From positions 2,000 to 65,999 of the forward strand of contig LCRX01000011.1 in NCBI GenBank assembly GCA_001004885.1: DNA of 64,000 bases. Reading direction: 5' to 3'. A program made the position numbers and the translations under genes. Shown here in pieces: positions 38,918-48,993 of this stretch (the first letter of the stretch is position 1; each line of letters starts with the position of its first letter). Origin of the DNA: Candidatus Magasanikbacteria bacterium GW2011_GWA2_56_11 (GTDB lineage Bacteria; Patescibacteriota; Patescibacteriia; Magasanikbacterales; UBA922). A model generated the notes under the pieces. That model searched no databases. It was not told the DNA's origin and worked only from the letters and a program-made list of their open reading frames with translations.

Positions 38918-39838
38918 CTAAATAAGCGTGGCTCCTTGGAACTGGGCGCCGTAACCGGACAGGAATTCCTGGGCCGTGAGCGGACGTTTGCCTTCGAGTT
39001 GGAGGGAGCTAATTTCCAAGGCGTGTCCGCCGCAGCCGACATGCAACGTACCGGCCTCAGTGCTGGCGGCACCAGCCGGCAGCCGGCGGGAACTGGGCTT
39101 GAGGTCCAGGATTTTTAGCCGCTGGCCGTTCCAGGTGGTCCAAACACCAGGCCAGGGATGGTAGGCCCGGTATTGGTTATAAATTTCAGCGGTTCCAGAC
39201 TGCCAATTAATCCGGCCGCTGTCGCGGTCTAATTTGGGCGCGTACGAGGCCTGCGTTTCGTCCTGCGGCCGCGGTTTGATCTCGCCGGAGAGGTACCGGG
39301 GCAATGTCTCGAGGAGCAGGTCGCGGCCTGTGAGCGCCAATTTTTTGTCCATAATTTGGTAGGTGTCATCGGGTTCGATACCCACTTGGCGTTGGGCCAG
39401 GATAGGCCCGGTATCGAGGCCGGCGTCCATAAGCATGACAGTAACTCCGGTAACTGTTTCGCCGCGCAGTATGGCCGCCTGTATGGGGGCGGCGCCGCGG
39501 TATTTGGGCAACAGAGAAGTGTGCACGTTCAGCGTTCCAAAACGCGGGCAATCGAGCACCGGCTGGGGGATGATAAGCCCGTACTGGGCCACGATATGCA
39601 CATCGGCGGCGGGCAAGGAGACGCCGGCGGACTTAAGCGAAGCGGTTTGGATGACGTCGAGGCCGCGGGCGCGCGCGAAGTTTTTGACGGGCGGAGCCTG
39701 AAGTTGGCCCGAGCGCCCGGCCGGGCGGTCGGGCTGGGTAACAACCGCGATGACCGCCAACCGCGGGTCGGCCGCCAGCCCATCGAGAATGGTAACGGCA
39801 AATTCGTGCGTGCCAAAAAAAATGCTTTTTACTTTCAT
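38918..39838 (-). CDS. fmt: Methionyl-tRNA formyltransferase
   Basis: FFGTHEFA, TQPDRP, NVHTSLLPKYRGAAP, LDTGP. Confidence 0.96.
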   Translation of the reverse strand: MKVKSIFFGTHEFAVTILDGLAADPRLAVIAVVTQPDRPAGRSGQLQAPPVKNFARARGLDVIQTASLKSAGVSLPAADVHIVAQYGLIIPQPVLDCPRFGTLNVHTSLLPKYRGAAPIQAAILRGETVTGVTVMLMDAGLDTGPILAQRQVGIEPDDTYQIMDKKLALTGRDLLLETLPRYLSGEIKPRPQDETQASYAPKLDRDSGRINWQSGTAEIYNQYRAYHPWPGVWTTWNGQRLKILDLKPSSRRLPAGAASTEAGTLHVGCGGHALEISSLQLEGKRPLTAQEFLSGYGAQFQGATLI

Positions 39839-40410
39839 ACCGGCTGGCGATTTTTCTTCATGACTTCCCAGGTAAGGCCGCGCTCGGCCTTTGTCGGGTG
39901 TTCGACTTCGTAGATATCCTTGGCCCGGTCAATAAATAATATGCCGTCGAGGTGGTCTACTTCGTGCTGGATGACCCGGGCAAAGAAATTGTGCGCCTCG
40001 AACTCTATCGTCTCCCCCTGTTGGGTGAGAGCGGTTACCAGGATGTCTTTATGGCGTTTGACCGTGCCATAATAGCCGGGCACGGACAGGCAGCCTTCGG
40101 TATCGGCAGTGGTTTTTTTGGACAGGCGGCGGTAGCTGGGATTCACCAGCACTAAATCCGTTTCGTCGGTGGTCTCTTGGTTGTCGTCTCCCGGGCGCTC
40201 GTCCCGGTGCAGGGCGTACTTGCCGATAACGCAGACCCGGATATTGTTGCCGGCCTGCGGCGCTGCCAGACCGATGCCGTCGTAATGGTACATGGCCGGT
40301 ATGAGAGCGGCGATGAAACGCTGCGTTTCGGGCAGGAGGACAAACCGGCGGTCGATTTCGCGGGAACGTTCGCGCAGGCTGGGCGCGGGGATAGTAACAA
40401 TAGGCAGCAT
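39835..40410 (-). CDS. def: Peptide deformylase
   Basis: GIGLAAPQ, EGCLS, QHEVDHLDG. Confidence 0.97.
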   Translation of the reverse strand: MLPIVTIPAPSLRERSREIDRRFVLLPETQRFIAALIPAMYHYDGIGLAAPQAGNNIRVCVIGKYALHRDERPGDDNQETTDETDLVLVNPSYRRLSKKTTADTEGCLSVPGYYGTVKRHKDILVTALTQQGETIEFEAHNFFARVIQHEVDHLDGILFIDRAKDIYEVEHPTKAERGLTWEVMKKNRQPV

Positions 40411-40411
40411 A

Positions 40412-42310
40412 CTAGGACGACAAAATGCTCAGAGGGTCGGGGTCAACTTTCCAGTCCGGAGGAATTAGGTTATTGATCATCATAACATCATCATACCACG
40501 ACTCTCGGTTTAGTTTAATCACAAATCCATACCAGTAGGCGCGGCGTAAATACGCCGGCTGCAGGGCAAAAGGACCATTTAGTGTAGCGGTTTTACCCTG
40601 GTCTGTCAACGTTCGTTCAATCGTCCGCGCCAATTCGGTCGCCGCCGTCTCGGCCCGGCGTTTGTCCGGATCCCCGTGCAGGTAGCGGACCAGAAAATTG
40701 TAGGGAGGATAGCGCATGCTCCGGCGGTAATTGAGTTCGGTGCGGTACAGGCGTTCCGGATCGAGCAGCGATTTGAAAACCAGGTGGTCGGGCCGCCGCG
40801 TGGGTATGATAAGCCTGGCCGCGGGATGTTTCCGGTACTGGATTTCCTGGATCCGGTGCCAGGCCGACTCGCTGGCGGTATAATCCGGCCAGGCCAGTTC
40901 CATGTCCGCATCCAATAGGGCGATAAGGCGGGTATTTTCGGGATGGATATGCGCGAGCACGGCGTCAGTGCCGACCAAAACACGGGGGCCCGGAGCAACT
41001 GCGGCCGGCGGCCGGCGGCCGGCTTCCACCCGGATAACTTGTATTCCGCGCGGTTCCACCAGCGTTTTCACCGCCGCTTCGACGCGCTCGAGGCCGGCGC
41101 CGCAATGAATGATAAGCGGGGAACGACAGCGCGCGCAAACAAGCGGCACCGGGAGGCGCAGCGCGTTGTAGTAACATACAAGCTCCTTTCGCGCGGCCTC
41201 GTAGACGAGCGGCAACCCGCACTCCGGGCAGCGTTCCGTGTGCCCGCAGTCGCGGCACAGAAAAAGGCGGTCAAAACCGCGGCGGTTGAGCACCACAATC
41301 GCGTCTTCGGCGCCGGAGTCTGCGCCTAGCTCGGACAGCGCCAACTCGATAGCCGGATGGTATGGCGCTTCGGGACGCGGCCGCCCCGACTCATGAACAA
41401 TTTCCGGCGGCCGTTTTCCGTACCAGTCTGTCGTCGCCCTGGCGGTATCCGGGTTTTTGCGGTCAAAGGCGATAGTGGATCCGGCGTACAAGCCTTTGTG
41501 AACGGAAAAGTAGCTGCTAAAACTGGGCGAGTAGCTCATCTCGACGTAGCTTATGCCAGCCTGCCGGGCGATGAACTGAGCGCAGTGTTTGGCGTGCCAG
41601 CGGGGCGTCTGATCCCAGTTTTTGTGGTGCGGGCTGTGTTCGTGGTCGATGACAATGGTTGCCAGATACGGGAGAACAGGTAAAAACAGCGCGTCGCGCG
41701 TGCCTATGATCAGGTCGAACTCCCCCCGCGCGATGGCGTACCAGCGTTCGAATTGCTCTTTGGGCGTCAGGTCCGCCGACCAGGTTAAGATTTTCAGTCC
41801 GGGAGAGGTTAATTCGCGGCGCAATTCCTGTATCTGGCGCGCTTCGGGTACGAGGACAAGAGCCGGCGCCGCGGAAAATCCGGCAATGGCCTCAAGACGC
41901 TCGGCCGGCGCGCGATACCACACATAGGCGGGTGGCGGGGCGGTGGCGCCGGCTCGCTCCAGTCTTGGCGTCAATTTGGCGCGCCGCAATTTGGCTTTTT
42001 GCAAGGGCGGCAGATACATTTTGGCGAACACGCTTGGGCTTACGCCGTATATCCGGGAGAAGACGTCTATATTTTCGAGTTCGGAAGCCAGGAGCAGCGG
42101 CCCGGGGCACGCCAAACCCAGAAGCGGGCGGCTGTCCGGAACCGCGGAGTGCGCTTTCAGGCGCCGGACCAGTCCTAGGATTTCCTGCCGCCGGAAGGGA
42201 ATGCGTACCAGCTGCCCGGCGGCCGGTTCGGCCATATCCAAAGGCAGCGCGTAATCCAGAGAGGAGATCGTCTTGGGCAGGCGGGCAAGGGGAATGATTT
42301 CGGCGAACAC
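40412..42310 (-). CDS. priA: Primosomal protein N' (PriA) with degenerate helicase motifs
   Basis: 3'-binding N-terminus, LNRRG, CRDC/CPEC/CARC zinc region, YPP; no Walker A, DHEH in place of DEEH. Confidence 0.85.
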   Translation of the reverse strand: MFAEIIPLARLPKTISSLDYALPLDMAEPAAGQLVRIPFRRQEILGLVRRLKAHSAVPDSRPLLGLACPGPLLLASELENIDVFSRIYGVSPSVFAKMYLPPLQKAKLRRAKLTPRLERAGATAPPPAYVWYRAPAERLEAIAGFSAAPALVLVPEARQIQELRRELTSPGLKILTWSADLTPKEQFERWYAIARGEFDLIIGTRDALFLPVLPYLATIVIDHEHSPHHKNWDQTPRWHAKHCAQFIARQAGISYVEMSYSPSFSSYFSVHKGLYAGSTIAFDRKNPDTARATTDWYGKRPPEIVHESGRPRPEAPYHPAIELALSELGADSGAEDAIVVLNRRGFDRLFLCRDCGHTERCPECGLPLVYEAARKELVCYYNALRLPVPLVCARCRSPLIIHCGAGLERVEAAVKTLVEPRGIQVIRVEAGRRPPAAVAPGPRVLVGTDAVLAHIHPENTRLIALLDADMELAWPDYTASESAWHRIQEIQYRKHPAARLIIPTRRPDHLVFKSLLDPERLYRTELNYRRSMRYPPYNFLVRYLHGDPDKRRAETAATELARTIERTLTDQGKTATLNGPFALQPAYLRRAYWYGFVIKLNRESWYDDVMMINNLIPPDWKVDPDPLSILSS

Positions 42311-42404
42311 AAGCGCTAACGATAAGATAAATACAGCCGCCGTCGCCGGCGGCCATTATTGTCCGTAATCAATCTAGGGAGAGGATTTTGGGGATAGACC
42401 GGAA

Positions 42405-43196
42405 TTAAAAAACAAAATTTCCGGCTAAATAGCCGACTCCGAACGGTGCTTCGTAGCTGTAGGTCTTAAAGGAGAAGTCCATGTTTTTCAGCACCCCCAA
42501 AAGGATCAGGATGGAGCGGTAGCCGCATTGCTCGGCCTGCGCGACCAGTGTTTCGTCCAAGGAGGCCACCCCGACCGTATTGCGCGCCTGCAAAAGTTCT
42601 ATCATGGCGGCATCGAATTTTTCTCCGGACGGGTGGTATCCGGCGGGTGAATCCTTGGTGAGCGTGTGCGACAGGTCGCCCGAGGCAATAAGGGCTATGC
42701 GCTTGTCAGTGTCCATGATGCATTCTTTGAGCAGTTCACCGAAAGCCAGGTGCTCCTTGGGATCCAAGTGGCTGTAGCCGATCGGCAGTACTTTTATATC
42801 CGGTAGGTGGTTGGCGAGAAAGAAAAGGGGGACGCTCACTCCGTAATCAACCCGCTCTTCGCTTACGAGGCGCAGGGCGATTGCTTTGGTATTGCCGCCG
42901 TGCCCCAGACGGGCGGCCAGATCCGGGTAGCCCTTCCAGGTTTTTTGGGTCGTAATATCGCCAAATTCCGCGAAATTGGACACAAACTGCGTGTGGGCAT
43001 TGACCGAGAAAGCATCCGGAAAAAGGCTGGAATGCGGCGAGATGATGATGATGGCGTGCGGACGCGACAAGTACAGTTCTTCTTCGAGTTTGAGCAGAGA
43101 GTTTTTGGTCTGCTCGAGTTTGGCCGCGGCTTCCTTGCCGATATTCGGAATAAGAACCGGCGGGTGCGGGGTAACCGCCGCAAAGGCTAGGGACAT
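42405..43196 (-). CDS. MEMO1 / LigB-like dioxygenase-fold protein (AmmeMemoRadiSam protein B-like)
   Basis: PHPP, ISPH, ASGDLSH, YEAPFGVGY. Confidence 0.85.
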   Translation of the reverse strand: MSLAFAAVTPHPPVLIPNIGKEAAAKLEQTKNSLLKLEEELYLSRPHAIIIISPHSSLFPDAFSVNAHTQFVSNFAEFGDITTQKTWKGYPDLAARLGHGGNTKAIALRLVSEERVDYGVSVPLFFLANHLPDIKVLPIGYSHLDPKEHLAFGELLKECIMDTDKRIALIASGDLSHTLTKDSPAGYHPSGEKFDAAMIELLQARNTVGVASLDETLVAQAEQCGYRSILILLGVLKNMDFSFKTYSYEAPFGVGYLAGNFVF

Positions 43197-43201
43197 AGAA
43201 A

Positions 43202-45535
43202 TTAGAAGGTAGCGGCTGCCCAGTTGGCCAGTTTTTCTGGTTCGCTGTAGCGGCTCGCGTAGTCGGGATTGCCCAGCGTGATTATTATAAATTGCCGGCC
43301 GTCAGTCCGGCGTTCGATAACCATCGCGAGCCCGTATCCGGACTCATAGAGATACCCGGTTTTGCTGGCCAGGATAGTATACGGCAAATTATTCTGGAGC
43401 ACCAGCCGGTTGCTGTTATCGTCGCTGTGCCGGGGTTTGCCGTCGAGGTCGGTTACTTCCTCGTATTCGTACTGCTTGGTTGCCAGAAAGCGCCGGATTT
43501 CCGGGTTGGCGAAGGCTTTGACAAACACAGTCAGATATTCGCGCGCCGTGCTCTGGTTGCCCAAATCGTAGCCAGAGGTGTCGGTAAAATAGGTTTTGCT
43601 GAGCCCCCAGCCTCTGGCTGTTTCGTTCATGCGTTTCACAAACGCGCTCTCGTCGGGAGATACTGCCTGGGCCAGCATGCGCGCCGGGGTATTGAGCGAG
43701 GATACCAAAAGCGAATACAAAAGATCGCTGTTCTTGACTTGTTCGCCGGCGGTAATCCGGAATAGATGCTGATAGGGGGCGGTGTGTTTTTCCGGGACAA
43801 AGGTGGAAGCCTCGTGGAGGTTGATCCCTTCGGCAAACAGCCTTTCCGCCGTCATGACCTTGGTGAACGAAGCCAACGGACGGGGCACGTCAATATTTTT
43901 ACCGGCCAGTATGGCGGTCGCTCCGTTTTGGTAAGAGGCGACGAGAAAGGCGTCGATTGGCGTCTGGAATCCCGGTCCCTCAGAGGTAGCGGCCGAGGGC
44001 GCGGTAGCGATCATTTTGCCGGTCTCGGGGAAGACCGCCGGTCCGGAGGCCGGAGCCGTATAGTAAAGGAGATTCGAGCCGGCCGGAGTCTCGGTCGCTG
44101 CTGCCGGTTTGGCAATATCGGGTACCGGCAGCTGGCTTTGGGGCGCGGCGGGAGGCGTAGCCGACGCTTCCGGATTTTTATTCAGGTAAACAGGCTCTCC
44201 CGGCAGGTGGATATCGGCCGTTAACTCCGATACCCAGACAACGTTATTCCATTTATAGCCGAGAGCGGTGAACACCTCTTCGGAGGTGATGTGCCGGCGC
44301 TTGCCGGCCTCGATAGCGAAAATTTTTCCGGTTAGTTTAACGCCCATGAGCGTACCGTCGGGGAATGTCATGAGTCCGCCGTGGGTTAGCCCCGATAGAT
44401 CTTGGGCTGTGCCCGGTTCCGGCTTTTGTTTGGGAAATCTCACCTCGGCGATGGCCGGATCTGTCAGCGGGTAGTAGATCCCGTCCTTGATAAAATACAT
44501 GGCCCCGGTCTGGGCGAGCTTGATGAGCCGTCCGGCCGGGTACTGGCTGTCCGTGGTTACTGGTTTGCCAAGCGGGTAGGCCGCTACTTCTTCGGTGCCG
44601 ATAATGACAATTTCGTCCGGATGGTAGCCAAAATCTTTGACCAGGCCGGCCGCGGCAAACGGCCGCAACGTATCGTCGTCCAAAAGGTAGTAGGTGTCGC
44701 CGGCCCGTAAAACGGAATAGTTCGGGAAGTTGATCGCCCGTCCTTCCGGATAACGTGCCAGGTGATCGGCCGGCACGGCTACTATAAGGTTGGGGTTGTA
44801 GCGGGAGGCCAGTACGGACATACTTGCGATCGGCCGTTTTTTACCGTCTTCCACCAGGTAAACCATGGGCGTCTCCAGGCCTTTTATGAGCGTGCCGTTG
44901 GGGTACGACTGGTTGAACCAGCTGCTCCACAGTTTCCAAAAATTTTGGTTGCCGTGCAGATGCGGGGTATAGGTGTAAAGAAAGGCCGTGGCGAAATTGG
45001 CCGGGACGACAGGCGTATTGTCTATTTTGTATTCCGTATTCGGGCGCTTGATCCAGTTTTCTTTTTTGACGTTGTCATAGTACCAGCGCATGATGCCCGC
45101 GGCCGAATCTACCTGGTGGGCAAAGCCTTTGTATTTCTGCAAAGCCGGGTCGTTCGTGTCGCAGCTGTCGCACACTCCGTAGCCGGTGGCCCAGTCTATC
45201 TGGCGCTGGGTTGGATCTGGGTCGGAGACCAGGCTTTGTTCTTTCTGCAGTTTAACCAGCAAATACTTGGGGCTGATAGCATACTGCCGCGCCGCGCGAT
45301 AAATTATTTCTCCGGCCCGCCGGCGGTTGCCTTCTGTATCTTCGGTAATGTAGTCGGAAAGGAAACTGCCCTTGGCGCGCAGAAACTGATTGATCTCGGC
45401 CCGGCCCAGGCTTTGCCAGTCCTGGAGTTCTTCGTCGGAGATGATAAAGTTTGGGTTGAAGCTGGCGGCGAGAAGCGCGCTTGGGGTTAGCGACAAAAAT
45501 ACTAAAAATACCGATAGGAGAGTTTTGGTAGGCAT
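43202..45535 (-). CDS. Secreted multidomain protein with C-terminal D-alanyl-D-alanine carboxypeptidase (S11) domain
   Basis: Signal peptide; N-terminal KLQKEQSL...ATGYG...YTYTPH domain; repeated beta modules; SFTK, SLN, KTG motifs. Confidence 0.8.
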   Translation of the reverse strand: MPTKTLLSVFLVFLSLTPSALLAASFNPNFIISDEELQDWQSLGRAEINQFLRAKGSFLSDYITEDTEGNRRRAGEIIYRAARQYAISPKYLLVKLQKEQSLVSDPDPTQRQIDWATGYGVCDSCDTNDPALQKYKGFAHQVDSAAGIMRWYYDNVKKENWIKRPNTEYKIDNTPVVPANFATAFLYTYTPHLHGNQNFWKLWSSWFNQSYPNGTLIKGLETPMVYLVEDGKKRPIASMSVLASRYNPNLIVAVPADHLARYPEGRAINFPNYSVLRAGDTYYLLDDDTLRPFAAAGLVKDFGYHPDEIVIIGTEEVAAYPLGKPVTTDSQYPAGRLIKLAQTGAMYFIKDGIYYPLTDPAIAEVRFPKQKPEPGTAQDLSGLTHGGLMTFPDGTLMGVKLTGKIFAIEAGKRRHITSEEVFTALGYKWNNVVWVSELTADIHLPGEPVYLNKNPEASATPPAAPQSQLPVPDIAKPAAATETPAGSNLLYYTAPASGPAVFPETGKMIATAPSAATSEGPGFQTPIDAFLVASYQNGATAILAGKNIDVPRPLASFTKVMTAERLFAEGINLHEASTFVPEKHTAPYQHLFRITAGEQVKNSDLLYSLLVSSLNTPARMLAQAVSPDESAFVKRMNETARGWGLSKTYFTDTSGYDLGNQSTAREYLTVFVKAFANPEIRRFLATKQYEYEEVTDLDGKPRHSDDNSNRLVLQNNLPYTILASKTGYLYESGYGLAMVIERRTDGRQFIIITLGNPDYASRYSEPEKLANWAAATF

Positions 45536-45655
45536 AGACTAGCAGTATACCACACAAGGCGGTTTAGTGCCGAAGGCTGACGCGCGGTATTACACAGGCT
45601 GCTGTGTGGCGTCCAATTCAGGGATTCCTGTATGCGGGGGTTGTATTAATGCGCC

Positions 45656-45767
45656 GGGACTAAAAGCGAGCAGCCAACTTGTTTTTAACGGCTGCGGAGG
45701 GATACCCGCTGCGCTCTCGCACTCGTCCTCGCCGTTAAAAACAAGTTGGCTGCTCGCTTTTAGTCCC
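45656..45767. repeat. Long-hairpin intergenic repeat, family B, copy 1
   Basis: 37-bp perfect inverted repeat around a 38-nt loop that matches copy 2 at 36 of 38 positions. Confidence 0.92.
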
Positions 45768-45848
45768 TGGTTGTTTCTTTTTGCCCTTTACATTCCGTTG
45801 TTACTTTTTTGTATTGCCTTTTTTGCCTTAATTTGCTAACATTTTACT

Positions 45849-46571
45849 ATGCCGTACGGAACCCTGTACATCGTCGCCACCCCGATTGGCAATCTCGGGG
45901 ATATTACGGCGCGCGCGCTCGAAACGCTGCGTTCTGCCGATATTATTTTGTGCGAAGACACCAGGGTTACCCGCAAGCTCCTCACGCATTTTAGCATCGA
46001 GAGGCCGACCAAGAGCTATCACCAGCATAGCAGCGAGCGGGTGGTCGGCGAGATTCGCGCTTTATTGGCCGGCGGCAGTAATTTGGCCCTGGTAACCGAT
46101 GCCGGCACGCCCGGTATCAGCGACCCGGGCAGTTGGCTGGTCTCGCGGCTAACGGAGGGCGATAATGTGCCGGTCGTGCCCATCCCTGGCCCGTCAGCCG
46201 TGGCCGCGGCGTTGTCCGTGTCCGGGTTTCCGGCCGATAAATTTTTATTTTTGGGTTTTCCGCCGCACAAAAAAGGGCGGACGGCTTTTTTTCGCGAGGT
46301 GGCAGAGGCCAGGCACACGACCGTGTTTTACGAATCGGGCCACCGAATAAAAAAAGCTCTGGGGGAGCTGTCAGTGGCGCTTAACGCCAGGCGCAGACTG
46401 TGCGTCTGCCGGGAGTTGACCAAGAAATTCGAGAGTATTTATCGCGGCGCGGCCGGAGACATTGCCCGGAGGGATATTTCGGAAAAAGGCGAATTTGTGG
46501 TCGTGGTGGCGGGGAATGGGGGAACCTCGGACGGGATGGTGGCTGACCAAACTGCGGTTGAAAACCTCTAG
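45849..46571 (+). CDS. rsmI: 16S rRNA C1402 2'-O-methyltransferase
   Basis: LYIVATPIGNL, CEDTR, DAGTPGISDPG, RELTK. Confidence 0.95.
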   Translation: MPYGTLYIVATPIGNLGDITARALETLRSADIILCEDTRVTRKLLTHFSIERPTKSYHQHSSERVVGEIRALLAGGSNLALVTDAGTPGISDPGSWLVSRLTEGDNVPVVPIPGPSAVAAALSVSGFPADKFLFLGFPPHKKGRTAFFREVAEARHTTVFYESGHRIKKALGELSVALNARRRLCVCRELTKKFESIYRGAAGDIARRDISEKGEFVVVVAGNGGTSDGMVADQTAVENL

Positions 46572-46770
46572 ACCTGGAGACGCGAGACCCTCCGTCTGGT
46601 CAGTTTTCCTACCCGCCCGAGGTTAAGGATGCCGGCTGTCCGGCTCCTGGTCTGGATCCGCGCGAACGTTTATGAGAAGCGACGCGCTGCCCCTAGCCGC
46701 AAGCGAAGCCTGCGATTGCAGGGCACGCCCTTTGAGGGCGAGGATCGAGAAACAGCCGGCTGTTCCAGGC
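46572..46770 (-). ncRNA. Candidate structured ncRNA, about 200 nt (RNA-D)
   Basis: Minus-strand TGGACA-17-TATATT promoter just upstream; terminal helix CCTGGA/TCCAGG; multi-way junction; no credible ORF. Confidence 0.5.
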
Positions 46771-46823
46771 ACTAATATAACTCTGGTTTGATTATTTGTC
46801 CACAAGCCAGGTGTAAACCTAAT

Positions 46824-48344
46824 ATGCCCAAGCCGTACTACATTACTACCACCCTGCCCTACGTGAACGCCGAACCGCATATCGGTTTCGCGCTGGAGAT
46901 TGTCCAGGCAGACGCTCTGGCGCGCTATCGCCGTCTTTTTGGAGACCAGGTCGTATTCAACACCGGCACCGATGAGCACGGTTTGAAGATTTACCGCCAA
47001 GCGCTGGCGCGGGGCCAGGATCCACAGGCCTACTGCGACGGGTACGCGGCCAAGTTTAACGCGCTCCAGGAGGCGCTCAACCTAAGTTACACCAATTTTA
47101 TCCGGACGACGGATCCGTATCACGTCGCGGCCGCGCAGGAGTTTTGGCGCCGGTGCCTGGCGCAGGGCGACATTTATAAAAAGAATTACCAGGTAAAATA
47201 TTGCGTCGGTTGCGAGCTCGAAAAGACCGAGTCCGAATTGGTTGACAATCGGTGCCCGATCCATCCTAAACTCGAAATCGAACTTATAGACGAGGAGAAT
47301 TATTTTTTCCGCTGGTCCAAATACCGGGGAGCTCTTTTGGCGCTTTACGCCGAGCGGCCGGATTTTGTCGTGCCGGCCAACCGTCTCGAAGAAATCCGAA
47401 AGTTCGTTGAGCGCGGTCTCGAGGACTTTAGCATCTCGCGGCTCAAGGCCAAAATGCCGTGGGGCGTGCCAGTGCCCGATGATGCCGATCACGTGATGTA
47501 CGTCTGGTTCGACGCGCTCGTGAACTATATCTCGACCCTGGGGTGGCCCGCCGACGCGGAAACTGAGGCGGGCGACGCCAGTGTTTTTGAGCGGTTTTGG
47601 CCGGGTGTGCAGGTGGCCGGCAAGGACAATTTGCGCCAGCAGTCGGCCATGTGGCCGGCGATGCTTATGTCTGCCCGGCTCCCGGCTTCAAAACAGATAT
47701 TTATCCATGGCTTTATCACGAGCGAGGGCCAAAAGATGAGCAAAAGCCTAGGTAATGTGGTTGACCCCTACGCTGTGGTCGCCAAATACGGCACTGACGC
47801 GGTGCGCTATTATCTGTTGGGTGGGCTGCCGTCGTACGACGACGGCGACTGGTCCGAGGCGCGCTTGGCCGAGTTTTACACCGCTCATCTGGCCAACGGC
47901 GTCGGCAATCTCACCGCCCGGGTTTTGACCATGGCAGAGAAGTACGGCCAGGGAAAAATTCCCGCCAGGGCGCCGGATGCCTTGGCCACGGCCGGTTTTT
48001 GGTCAGAGTACGATGCCGCCCTCGCGGCTTACAAATTTGAAGAGGCGGTGGCGGCTGTAAACAAATTCGTCGCGCGCCTTGACACCCTGATTTCCAGCGA
48101 GAAACCGTGGGAAAAAGCCAAAGCCCTAGAAGACATTTCCGGATTGATTTACCAGCTGAGCGAAGGTTTGCGGCAGGTCGGTTTGGCTATACTGCCGCTC
48201 ATGCCGGTAGCCGGAGAGAAGATTCTCTACCAGCTGGGAATCGCGGTCCGGGCACTGGGAAATTTGGCCGTAGAAAGGGAATGGGGAGGGCTAGCGCCGG
48301 GTAGCGCTGTCAAACGGGGCGACATCCTATTCCCCAGGTTGTGA
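46824..48344 (+). CDS. metG: Methionine--tRNA ligase
   Basis: [26 protein letters not shown]; start placed at MPKPYY. Confidence 0.97.
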   Translation: MPKPYYITTTLPYVNAEPHIGFALEIVQADALARYRRLFGDQVVFNTGTDEHGLKIYRQALARGQDPQAYCDGYAAKFNALQEALNLSYTNFIRTTDPYHVAAAQEFWRRCLAQGDIYKKNYQVKYCVGCELEKTESELVDNRCPIHPKLEIELIDEENYFFRWSKYRGALLALYAERPDFVVPANRLEEIRKFVERGLEDFSISRLKAKMPWGVPVPDDADHVMYVWFDALVNYISTLGWPADAETEAGDASVFERFWPGVQVAGKDNLRQQSAMWPAMLMSARLPASKQIFIHGFITSEGQKMSKSLGNVVDPYAVVAKYGTDAVRYYLLGGLPSYDDGDWSEARLAEFYTAHLANGVGNLTARVLTMAEKYGQGKIPARAPDALATAGFWSEYDAALAAYKFEEAVAAVNKFVARLDTLISSEKPWEKAKALEDISGLIYQLSEGLRQVGLAILPLMPVAGEKILYQLGIAVRALGNLAVEREWGGLAPGSAVKRGDILFPRL

Positions 48345-48456
48345 TTCTTTATTGGGTAGCGCATCCCCGCCGGGGCTATACTCTATTGGCTGTCTTTAAA
48401 CGTTTTATATAAACTGTCCCGGATGAAAAAAATTCATTCCGGTAAAGTTATTTAAT

Positions 48457-48993
48457 ATGTCTCTCTTCGATGTCGTTCTCCTCATCGTCATCGGCGGGTT
48501 CGCTCTTTTTGGACTTTGGTTTGGCCTCATCCATACGCTGGGTTCGCTCTTCGGAACCATTGTCGGCGCGTATATAGCCAGCCGCTATTATCAGCCTCTG
48601 GCCGACTGGCTTATCAAGGTAACTGGCTGGCCGGAAAACACCGCCCGGGTGGTGATGTTTATTCTGGCCTTCATTATTATCGCCCGCCTGGTAGGTTTTG
48701 CCTTTTGGATCGTGGACAAACTTTTGAGTATCATCACGCGCCTGCCTTTTATATCTTCGATCAACCGTATTTTGGGCCTGTTCCTGGGTCTGCTCGAAGG
48801 AGTCCTCACGATCGGTCTTCTGTTTTATTTTGTCGAACGTTTTCCGGTTTCGGAAAAACTTATGACCCTCTTAGCCGCCTCGCAGGTGGCGCCGTACGCG
48901 AGCAAAATGGCGAACTTGCTTGTCCCGCTTTTGCCGGACGCCTTACAGCTCTTGAAGTCCACCGTGGATTACGTGCAGAACAAGGTGCTATGA
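48457..48993 (+). CDS. cvpA: CvpA family membrane protein
   Basis: FDVVLL...GLWFGLI, INRILGLFLGLLEG. Confidence 0.85.
   Translation: MSLFDVVLLIVIGGFALFGLWFGLIHTLGSLFGTIVGAYIASRYYQPLADWLIKVTGWPENTARVVMFILAFIIIARLVGFAFWIVDKLLSIITRLPFISSINRILGLFLGLLEGVLTIGLLFYFVERFPVSEKLMTLLAASQVAPYASKMANLLVPLLPDALQLLKSTVDYVQNKVL

Noticed and set aside
40412-42310. PriA without helicase motifs as a novelty or pseudogene
   Set aside because: The frame is intact and helicase-degenerate PriA is known in several bacterial lineages
48516-48989. Apparent long N-terminal extension on TatD
   Set aside because: It overlaps cvpA in another frame; the real start is the ATGA overlap at 48990
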